Source: an uncultured Haloferula sp.
GTDB lineage: Bacteria > Verrucomicrobiota > Verrucomicrobiia > Verrucomicrobiales > Akkermansiaceae
Direction: 5' to 3'
NCBI GenBank assembly: GCA_965652295.1
Contig: CBFGTS010000011.1
Span: 32,001-96,000 of the forward strand
DNA: 64,000 nt
In this document: one piece after another, positions 56,385-64,000 of the stretch
How the letters are laid out: each line of letters starts with the position of its first letter
Position numbering within the stretch: the first letter of the stretch is position 1
Position numbers and translations under genes: made by a program
The notes under the pieces: generated by a model
Told to the model about the DNA's origin: nothing
Database searches by the model: none
What the model saw: only the letters and a program-made list of their open reading frames with translations

Positions 56385-58061
56385 ATGTCCGAAACCACCA
56401 GCTCCAAGTCCGATTTCATCCGCGATATCATCGCCGCCGACCTGGCGGGCGGGAAGCATTCGACGACGATCACCCGCTTTCCCCCGGAACCCAACGGCTA
56501 CCTGCACATCGGCCACGCGAAGGCGATCTGCCTGAATTTCGGGATCGCCCTCGAAAACGCAGGGACCGGGGCCGAGTGCCACCTGCGCTTCGACGACACG
56601 AACCCGTCCAAGGAGGAGACGGAATACGTCGAGAGCATCAAGGAGGACGTCGCCTGGCTGGGCTTCGACTGGGGCAGGCACCTTTATTTCGCGTCCGATT
56701 ACTTCGAGTATTTCCACGACTGCGCGGTGGCGCTGATCGAGAAAGGCCTCGCCTACGTGGACGAGCAGACGCCCGAGGAAATCAAGGCGGCCCGGGGAAA
56801 CCTCACCGAACCGGGGACGCCCTCGCCTTTCCGTGACCGGACGGTGGAGGAGAACCTCGACCTGTTCCGCCGGATGCGGGCGGGGGAGTTCAAGGAGGGC
56901 GAGGCGGTGCTGCGGGCGAAGATCGACATGGCGGCGCCGAACGTGGTGATGCGCGATCCGGTGATCTACCGGGTGATGCACGCCTCCCATCACAACACCG
57001 GCGATGCGTGGTGCATTTACCCGATGTATGATTTCGCGCACCCGCTGGAGGACGCCAAGGAGCACATCACGCACTCGCTGTGCACGCTGGAATTCGAGAT
57101 CCACCGGCCGTTCTACGACTGGGTGATCGAGCACTGCCCGGTGCCGGCGAAGCCCCGCCAGATCGAGTTCGCGCGGCTGAACCTGAGCTACACGATCATG
57201 AGCAAGCGCAAGCTGCTGCAGCTCGTGAAGGAAGGCCACGTCGGCGGCTGGGACGACCCGCGGATGCCCACGATCAGCGGTCTGCGCCGCCGCGGGGTGC
57301 CGCCGCAGGCGATCCGGAACTTCTGTGAACGGATCGGGATCACCAAGTTCAACGGCGTGACCGATGTCGCCCTGCTTGAGTTCGAGATCCGGGATTACCT
57401 CAACAAGGAAGCCCCGCGCCGCATGGCGGTGCTGGATCCGGTGAAGCTGGTGCTGACGAACTACGAGGAAGGTCGTAGCGAGGAGGTCGAGGTGCCCAAC
57501 AACCCGGAGAAGCCGGAGGAGGGGAGCCGGAAAGTGACGCTCACCCGCGAGCTGTGGATCGAGCGCGAGGACTTCATGGAAGAGCCGCCGAAGAAGTTCT
57601 TCCGTCTCTTTCCCGGCGGCTACGTGCGGCTGCGGGGCGGTTACATCATCCACTGCACCGGCTTGGAGAAGGATGCGTCCGGGAAGATCACGGAAATCCA
57701 CTGCGAGTTCCTGCCGGATACGATCGGCAAGGACGCGCCGGAGGGCGTGAAATGCAAGGCGGCGATCCACTGGGTTTCCGCGGAGCATGGCGTGGCGGCG
57801 GAGGTCCGTCTCTACGACCGCCTGTTCACCGTGCCGAATCCCGACGCGGCCGAGGGCGGTTTCGTTTCCGTGCTCAACGCCGACTCGCTGCAAAGCGTCC
57901 AGGCGTGGGTCGAGCCTTCGCTGGCGGATGCGGAACCGGAGCAGATCGTGCAGTTCGAGCGGATCGGCTACTTTGTCGCCGACCGCCACGACCACGTCCG
58001 CGGCTCGCGGGCGGTGTTCAATCGCACCGTCGCCTTGCGGGATTCCTGGACGAAGAAGTGA
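56385..58061 (+). CDS. glnS: Glutamine--tRNA ligase
   Basis: [36 protein letters not shown]. Confidence 0.96.
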   Translation: MSETTSSKSDFIRDIIAADLAGGKHSTTITRFPPEPNGYLHIGHAKAICLNFGIALENAGTGAECHLRFDDTNPSKEETEYVESIKEDVAWLGFDWGRHLYFASDYFEYFHDCAVALIEKGLAYVDEQTPEEIKAARGNLTEPGTPSPFRDRTVEENLDLFRRMRAGEFKEGEAVLRAKIDMAAPNVVMRDPVIYRVMHASHHNTGDAWCIYPMYDFAHPLEDAKEHITHSLCTLEFEIHRPFYDWVIEHCPVPAKPRQIEFARLNLSYTIMSKRKLLQLVKEGHVGGWDDPRMPTISGLRRRGVPPQAIRNFCERIGITKFNGVTDVALLEFEIRDYLNKEAPRRMAVLDPVKLVLTNYEEGRSEEVEVPNNPEKPEEGSRKVTLTRELWIEREDFMEEPPKKFFRLFPGGYVRLRGGYIIHCTGLEKDASGKITEIHCEFLPDTIGKDAPEGVKCKAAIHWVSAEHGVAAEVRLYDRLFTVPNPDAAEGGFVSVLNADSLQSVQAWVEPSLADAEPEQIVQFERIGYFVADRHDHVRGSRAVFNRTVALRDSWTKK

Positions 58062-58098
58062 TCAGGCGCGGTGCCCTGCCGGGACACGGCCTGCCGCT

Positions 58099-59502
58099 TC
58101 ACGCGTGGTGAAGGATGATCGAGTTGGCGGCGATGTGATCGGAGAGGATATCCGAGACGATGACCAAGGGGGTGCCGGGGGTGATGTGGCCGCACTCGAT
58201 GAGGAGGGCGGCGGCGCGCTTGATGGTTTCATCGATCGAGGCGGCGAACGGTAGGCGCAGCGCGGTGACGTTGCGGCTGACGGCGAGCTGGCGGCAGACG
58301 ACCTCGCTGGGGGTGAAGGCGTAGAAGTCGGTGGTGCGGGGCCGCAGCATGGCGGTGTGGTTGGCGAGGACGCCGCGGCGGGTGAGCACGACGAGGCGGG
58401 CGTCCGGCATGGAATCGACCAGGGTGACGGCGGCCTTGGCGGTCTTCTGTCTTTCCTCGCGGAGCAGGACGCCTTGCCCGTATCCCATGCCGCCGGAGCG
58501 CTCGATGCGCGAGGCGATGCGGATCAGGGCATCGACGCAGCGCAGCGGGTGCTTTCCGACGCTGGTTTCCCCGGAGAGCATCAGGGCATCGGCTTCTTCA
58601 TAGACGGCGTTGGAGCAATCCGTGACTTCGGCGCGGGTGGGGGTGGGGTTCTGGATCATGGACTCCAGAAGCTGGGTGGCGACGATGACCCGGCGGCTGA
58701 GTTCGTGGCAGCGTTTGACGATGCGGCGCTGGAGGATGGGGAGTTCCTCGAAGGCGACTTCGATGCCGAGGTCGCCGCGGGCGATCATGATCACGTCGGA
58801 CGCCTGGATGATGGCGTCGATGTTGCGAACGGCCTCCTGGTCCTCGATCTTGGCCACTACCTGGGCGGTGCCTTCGAGGGCCTCGATCGCACGGCGGATT
58901 TCGTGGACGTGGGCGGAATCGCGGACGAAGGAACCGGCGATGTAGTCGGCGTCGCACTCGATGGCGAGGGCGAGGTCGTGGTGATCTTTCTCGGTCATCG
59001 CCGGCAGGTTGAGGCGGGTGCCGGGGAGGTTGATGTGGCGGCGGGAGCCGAGTTCGCCGGCGTTCTTGCACTCGCAGATGATGCGGTCGTCCTGGCGCGA
59101 CTGGATCTGCATGAGGAGCGTGCCGTTATCGACGACCAGGGTGCTGCCCTCCGAGACGTCATCCATCATGCCGCCGTAGTTGACGGTGGTGGAAATGGGA
59201 ATGGTCGGCTGGGTGCCCTCGCGGCGGAACTCGACGAGGTCGCCGATGGCGAGCTGGTAGGCTTTCGCCACCTCGCCGGTGCGGATCGAGGGGCCGGTGA
59301 GATCGAAGAGCACCGCGACGTGGATCTCGCGATGGGCGGCCTGACGGCGCACGAGCCGCGTCATTTCACGGGCCCAGGCGTGTTTCGCGTGGCTCATGTT
59401 GAGGCGGAACACATTGGCTCCGAGGTCCATGAGCTTGCCGATGGTTTCTTCCGATTCCGTGGCGGGCCCGAGGGTGACGATGATCTTGGTGCGGCGTGAC
59501 AT
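58099..59502 (-). CDS. pyk: Pyruvate kinase
   Basis: RTKIIVTLGPAT, RLNMSH, AKIE, IARGDLG, TRAE, MLSGET. Confidence 0.96.
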   Translation of the reverse strand: MSRRTKIIVTLGPATESEETIGKLMDLGANVFRLNMSHAKHAWAREMTRLVRRQAAHREIHVAVLFDLTGPSIRTGEVAKAYQLAIGDLVEFRREGTQPTIPISTTVNYGGMMDDVSEGSTLVVDNGTLLMQIQSRQDDRIICECKNAGELGSRRHINLPGTRLNLPAMTEKDHHDLALAIECDADYIAGSFVRDSAHVHEIRRAIEALEGTAQVVAKIEDQEAVRNIDAIIQASDVIMIARGDLGIEVAFEELPILQRRIVKRCHELSRRVIVATQLLESMIQNPTPTRAEVTDCSNAVYEEADALMLSGETSVGKHPLRCVDALIRIASRIERSGGMGYGQGVLLREERQKTAKAAVTLVDSMPDARLVVLTRRGVLANHTAMLRPRTTDFYAFTPSEVVCRQLAVSRNVTALRLPFAASIDETIKRAAALLIECGHITPGTPLVIVSDILSDHIAANSIILHHA

Positions 59503-59586
59503 GAGGTGAGGCAGGGAAAGCATTTCTTCGGCCATCGCGGGGGTCGAGATCGAAGTGGCCAGGGTGACGAAAGGGTTGCTCAAGCG

Positions 59587-60630
59587 CTACTTGGCGAGCG
59601 TGCGGACGAGGGCGGCGGCGCACTGGTGGAAAGCGGCGGAAGCCGGGCTTTCGGACGGGTCCGTGAGGGCGATCGGCCGGCCGGTGTCGCCGCCTTCGCG
59701 CACGGGCGGTTCGATCGGGATCTGCGCCAGCAGCGGCGTGCCGAGGGTGGCGGCTTCCTTCGCACCGCCGCCTTCACCGAAGAGGTGGTAGCGGGTGCCG
59801 TGTTCGCATTCGAACCAGGCCATGTTTTCGATCAGACCGAGGATCGGGACGTTCACCTTGCCGAACATCGCAACGGCTTTCCGGGCGTCGATGAGGGCGA
59901 TTTCCTGAGGGGTGGTGACGATCACCGTGCCATCGACGGCGACGGTCTGGACGATGGTGAGCTGGATGTCGCCGGTGCCGGGTGGCAGGTCGAGGACAAG
60001 GTAGTCGAGATTGTCCCAAGCGACCTGACGCAGGAACTGCTGGGTGTAGCGGGTGGCCATGGGGCCGCGGACGATGACCGGCGAGCGCTCTTCGAGCAGG
60101 AAACCCATGGACATGAGCTGGATGCCGTGGGCTTCGACCGGGATGATCTCGTCCTGTTCGTTCGCCATCGGCCGCTCGTGGCTGCCGAACATCATGGAAA
60201 TGGAGGGGCCGTAGAGGTCGCAATCGCAGAGGCCGACGCGGGCACCGGTTTTCGCCAGGGCGATGGCGAGGTTCGAGGCGACGGTGGACTTTCCCACGCC
60301 GCCTTTGCCGGAGGCGACGGCGATGATTTTCTTCACGCCGGGAATCGAGGACTTGCCCGTGGTGGCCTGGTCGCCACCGGCGGCGGGGGCATCCTTGATG
60401 TTGATCTCGATCTTCGGCGTGCCGATGTCGGGGATGCCGGCGAGGGCTTCGTGGCTGGCCTTGAAGATCTGCTGCGGGACCTCGGGATCGCGGGTTTGGA
60501 TTTCCATCCGGACGTGGAGCGTGCCGTCTTCCACCACCACCTCCTTGACCAGTCCGAAGGAAACGATGTCCCGGGAGAATCCGGGATACTTGACGGTGCC
60601 GAGCGCTTTCTTGACGAGATCGATGTTCAT
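59587..60630 (-). CDS. Mrp/NBP35 (ApbC) Fe-S cluster carrier ATPase
   Basis: GKGGVGKST, DLPPGTGD, VTTPQ, ENM; N-terminal DUF59-like domain. Confidence 0.93.
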   Translation of the reverse strand: MNIDLVKKALGTVKYPGFSRDIVSFGLVKEVVVEDGTLHVRMEIQTRDPEVPQQIFKASHEALAGIPDIGTPKIEINIKDAPAAGGDQATTGKSSIPGVKKIIAVASGKGGVGKSTVASNLAIALAKTGARVGLCDCDLYGPSISMMFGSHERPMANEQDEIIPVEAHGIQLMSMGFLLEERSPVIVRGPMATRYTQQFLRQVAWDNLDYLVLDLPPGTGDIQLTIVQTVAVDGTVIVTTPQEIALIDARKAVAMFGKVNVPILGLIENMAWFECEHGTRYHLFGEGGGAKEAATLGTPLLAQIPIEPPVREGGDTGRPIALTDPSESPASAAFHQCAAALVRTLAK

Positions 60631-60705
60631 GCTGCCGGGCCCACAAGAGCGGCGGGTGAAGCGATGATCAAACCCTGATCCCGGAAGCCGCCGATTTTCA
60701 CGACA

Positions 60706-62103
60706 TCAGAAGGTCCGCCGCAGGTGGGAGGGCAGGATGCCGAGCTGGTCCCGGTATTTTGCAACGGTGCGTCGCGCGACCGGAATCCCCTGGGTCTTGA
60801 GTGCTTTGGCGATGGCTTCATCGGACAGGGGTTTGGACGGCGGTTCCTTGGAAATCAGTGCGTGGATGGCTTCGCGGACGCCGGCGTTGGAGACCTCCTT
60901 GCCGTCTTCCGTTTGATAGCCGGCGGCGAAGAAGGCGCGCATTTCCATCAGCCCGTGTGGCGTGAGGACGTACTTGCCGGCCACGGCGCGGGAAACGGTG
61001 GTCGCGTGCAAGCCGAGTTCGTCGGCGATCAGGTTCATCGTCAGGGGCCGCAGGTGGCGGGGGCCTTTTTCGAGGAAGTCGGGCTGATGCTCGATGAGTT
61101 TGTCGGCGATGCTGAGGATCGTTTCCTGGCGCAGGGAAAGCGAACGGATGAGCGTGCGGCCCTCGCGCAGGTTGTCGCGGAGGAACTGGCGACCCTTGGT
61201 GTCATTCGTCGTCTTGCCCAGCAGGTCCTTGTAGAAATCGCTGATGCGCAGGCGGGGGAGATACTCGTGGGTCAAGCGGGCGATCCATTGGCCGTCCTCT
61301 TTTTCGAGGATCACGTCGGCCCGGATCATCGGGTTGCCCGTGGGATCGTACTCGCCGCCGGGATTCGGGGTGAGTCGGCCGATGGCCTCGGCGGCCTCGG
61401 AAATGCGCTCGATGCTGGTGCCGAGGGCGCGGGCGATCTGGGGGTAGCGTTTGCGGGCGAGGTCCTCGAGGTGGTCGGAAACGATCCGGTGCTCGATCGA
61501 TGATCCCTGGCCGCGGCGCTCGAGCTGGAGCAGGAGCGAGTCCTTGAGGTCGATCGCGCCGATCCCCGGAGGGTCGAAGCCGCGGATCACGGCGGTGGCG
61601 GATTCGATGTCATCGGCCGAAATGCCCAGGCGGACGCCAAGTTCGGAGGGCGGCAGGTCGAAGAAGCCCCGGGGGTCCATGTTTCCCAGCAGGGCTTCGG
61701 CCGCGATCCGCACGCCGGGTTCGAGCAGCGACACCTGGAGCTGGGCGGCGAGGTGCTGTTGCAGCGTCTCAGGGGCGACGATGGAATTGTAGAGATGGTC
61801 GCGCCGTTCCTCGTCGTCCTGCGAATAGGTCTGGTTCCGGCGCTCCATGATCATCAGGTCGCGCAGGTCGTCGTCCGTGTCGTTCAGGTAGTCGAGCGAG
61901 TCCGCTTCCTCTGGGTCCGGGGCGTCTTCGTCGAGCGACGCCATTTCCGTGACATCTTCCAGCACCGGGTTGGTTTCCAGCGCCTGACGCACCATCTGGG
62001 TCAACTCCATCGAGTTGGCCTGGAGGATCTCCAGGCTGCGTCGCATCTGGGGAGCGAGCGACTGCTGCTGGGAGAAGGACTGCTGGAGCGAGGATTCCGC
62101 CAT
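60706..62103 (-). CDS. rpoN: RNA polymerase sigma-54 factor
   Basis: Q-rich region I, HATTVSRAV, RpoN box ARRTVAKYR. Confidence 0.97.
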   Translation of the reverse strand: MAESSLQQSFSQQQSLAPQMRRSLEILQANSMELTQMVRQALETNPVLEDVTEMASLDEDAPDPEEADSLDYLNDTDDDLRDLMIMERRNQTYSQDDEERRDHLYNSIVAPETLQQHLAAQLQVSLLEPGVRIAAEALLGNMDPRGFFDLPPSELGVRLGISADDIESATAVIRGFDPPGIGAIDLKDSLLLQLERRGQGSSIEHRIVSDHLEDLARKRYPQIARALGTSIERISEAAEAIGRLTPNPGGEYDPTGNPMIRADVILEKEDGQWIARLTHEYLPRLRISDFYKDLLGKTTNDTKGRQFLRDNLREGRTLIRSLSLRQETILSIADKLIEHQPDFLEKGPRHLRPLTMNLIADELGLHATTVSRAVAGKYVLTPHGLMEMRAFFAAGYQTEDGKEVSNAGVREAIHALISKEPPSKPLSDEAIAKALKTQGIPVARRTVAKYRDQLGILPSHLRRTF

Positions 62104-62162
62104 AAGACTTGCGGCCTGACAGGGCCGACGGAGTCAACTCTAGGAATGCAGCATCAATGTCC

Positions 62163-62180
62163 AAGCATAAAACGTGCCAA
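62163..62180 (-). promoter_or_regulatory. Sigma-54 -24/-12 motif upstream of rpoN
   Basis: Minus strand TTGGCACGTTTTATGCTT (GG-N10-GC), 60 nt upstream of the rpoN ATG. Confidence 0.7.
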
Positions 62181-62265
62181 CGATAAAAATAATTTCCGCA
62201 AGGGATTTTTTATGTCGAGGAATCCGGTGTTGTCGTAGCGGTGGCCCAGGCAGTTTTCAGACGTC

Positions 62266-63642
62266 ATGACTAGCGAGGAATTTGATGCATTCGAGCGAAA
62301 AATGGAGCAGGCCGGAGTGATGGACGCCGCGATCGGCGCCTTCCGGCACAACTACGAGGCGCTGCGGCGCAATGAGAGCGGGCTGATTCCGGAGGAGGGG
62401 ATCGAGCCGGCGGAGGAGCTGGCGACGGTGGAGCTGGGCTCGGCGGAATTTGACCCGGAGCTGCTGGCGCAGACGGTGGTGATCAAATTGAACGGGGGCC
62501 TTGGAACCAGCATGGGGCTGGAAAAGGTGAAAAGCCTGCTGGAGGTGCGGCCCGGGGTGACATTTCTCGATCTCATCGTCCGTCAGATCCGCAGTCTGCG
62601 CGGGCGCACCGGTGCCGAGGTGAGGCTGCTTCTGATGAACAGCTTCGCGACCAGCGACGACACTCTGGGTCATCTGGCGCAACACGCACCGGCGGAACTG
62701 GCCGATCCTTCAGAGGTCGAGCTGATGCAGAACCAGGTGCCGAAGATCGATGCGGCTTCGCTGGCTCCCGCGGAGTGTCCGCAGCAGCCGGACTTGGAAT
62801 GGTGCCCCCCGGGTCATGGGGATCTTTACCCCGCGCTTTCCGGCTCGGGCTGGCTCGATCGGTTGCTGGATGCAGGAGTGAAATACGCTTTCGTTTCCAA
62901 CTCGGACAACCTCGGGGCGGTGCTTGATCCCGCACTCTTGAAGTGGTTTGCGGAATCCGATGCGCCCTTCATGATGGAGGTGACGCGGCGGACCTCGGCG
63001 GACCGGAAGGGCGGCCACTTGGCGCGTCGGAAAGCGGACGGGCGGCTGCTGCTGCGCGAGGTGGCGCAATGTCCGGATGAGGATCTTGATGTCTTCCAGG
63101 ACATCCATCGCCATCGTTATTTCAACACGAATTCGATCTGGCTGCGGCTGGATCGACTGAAGGAGCGTCTGGAGCAGGGGGGCGGGGTGCTTCCGCTGCC
63201 GATGATCCGCAACCGCAAGACGATCGACCCGCGCGACAAGGCCTCGACGCCGGTGATCCAGCTCGAGACGGCGATGGGTGCGGCGATCGAATGCTTCGAG
63301 GGGGCCACGGCGGTGGAGGTCCCGAGGAGCCGTTTCGCTCCGGTGAAGACGACTTCCGACCTGCTCGCGTTGTGTTCGGATGCTTACAAGGTGGGCGAGG
63401 ATGGTTCGGTTTCCCTCGATCCGCGACGGCAAGGCAAGCCGCCGGTGGTGAAGCTCGACGACGCGCATAAGTTCGTCGATTCGCTTGAGTCGCTCGGGGT
63501 TCCTTCGCTGCTGGAATGCGAGTCGTTGGCCGTCGAAGGCGACGTTCGCTTCGAGCCGGGCGTGGTGATCCGCGGGAGCGCGGAATTCCGCGCATCGGAC
63601 GGCGAACTCATGGTTCCGGCTGGGATTTATCCGACATCGTGA
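62266..63642 (+). CDS. UTP--glucose-1-phosphate uridylyltransferase, UDPGP (eukaryote-type) family
   Basis: KLNGGLGTSMG, WCPPGHGD, SNSDNLG, QLETAMG, RFAPVK. Confidence 0.92.
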   Translation: MTSEEFDAFERKMEQAGVMDAAIGAFRHNYEALRRNESGLIPEEGIEPAEELATVELGSAEFDPELLAQTVVIKLNGGLGTSMGLEKVKSLLEVRPGVTFLDLIVRQIRSLRGRTGAEVRLLLMNSFATSDDTLGHLAQHAPAELADPSEVELMQNQVPKIDAASLAPAECPQQPDLEWCPPGHGDLYPALSGSGWLDRLLDAGVKYAFVSNSDNLGAVLDPALLKWFAESDAPFMMEVTRRTSADRKGGHLARRKADGRLLLREVAQCPDEDLDVFQDIHRHRYFNTNSIWLRLDRLKERLEQGGGVLPLPMIRNRKTIDPRDKASTPVIQLETAMGAAIECFEGATAVEVPRSRFAPVKTTSDLLALCSDAYKVGEDGSVSLDPRRQGKPPVVKLDDAHKFVDSLESLGVPSLLECESLAVEGDVRFEPGVVIRGSAEFRASDGELMVPAGIYPTS

Positions 63643-63711
63643 CGGGGGTGTGACATCGTTTCATGGATGTTGACTTGTCATCCACGGCCGGGCTGCTAAC
63701 CCGTCCGCGCG

Positions 63712-64000
63712 ATGGCAAATGTGGGATCTATTGATTGGCAGGTGGACGGAATCGAGGGAATCGTTTTCGACTGTGACGGAACTTTGGTGAACTCGATGCC
63801 GGCTCACTTTGCCGCATGGTGCGAAGCATTGGCGTTCTACGGGGCGGCCAACGTTTTCCAGGAGGACGTTTTCTATGCCATGGGCGGCCGTCCGACGAAG
63901 GACATCGTCGTCCAGCTCAATGGTGACTATGGCCTGAAGCTCAACCCGGAAGCCGTTGCGATGAAGAAGCGTGAGGCGTTTCTCGCCCGGCTGGGAGAGG
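63712..64000 (+). CDS. HAD-IA sugar phosphatase / beta-PGM-like protein, truncated by the window end
   Basis: Manual translation MANVGSIDWQVDGIEGIVFDCDGTLVNSMPAHFAAW... Confidence 0.85.
   Translation, partial: MANVGSIDWQVDGIEGIVFDCDGTLVNSMPAHFAAWCEALAFYGAANVFQEDVFYAMGGRPTKDIVVQLNGDYGLKLNPEAVAMKKREAFLARLGE

Noticed and set aside
1..64000. CRISPR array, tRNA or rRNA genes
   Set aside because: No regularly spaced direct repeats, cloverleaf or rRNA signatures noticed by eye; a tRNAscan/Infernal run would be needed to exclude them formally

Overview
GC-rich bacterial chromosome segment, most likely Verrucomicrobiota (Haloferula/Luteolibacter-like). This is inferred from a PEP-CTERM protein, a MoxR-VWA operon and an attC-derived C-terminal peptide tail; no database search was run. 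About 55 CDSs. Housekeeping: fabD, pheA, scpB, dksA-like, rpmG, rpsR, folE2, mfd, a class B PBP, pyrC, glnS, pyk, Mrp/ApbC, rpoN and a eukaryote-type UGPase. Other coding content: a GH81 glucanase next to a tricorn protease, a TetR-RND efflux operon, an orphan OMF-MFP pair, a 7-gene MoxR/DUF58/VWA/ABC operon, and an aspartyl protease / inactive transglutaminase-7TM / ATP-grasp ligase operon. The most interesting signals are non-coding: (1) a lower-GC integron-type array at about 53.4-55.7 kb with an attI-like site and three cassettes, but no integrase in the window; (2) a highly structured 450-bp region between convergent folE2 and mfd with four CTGGGGG(G) motifs, three in hairpin loops, a candidate unknown sRNA; (3) several REP/REPIN elements, some supplying stop codons of neighbouring genes; (4) a sigma-54 -24/-12 motif directly upstream of rpoN. 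No tRNA, rRNA or CRISPR array was recognised.
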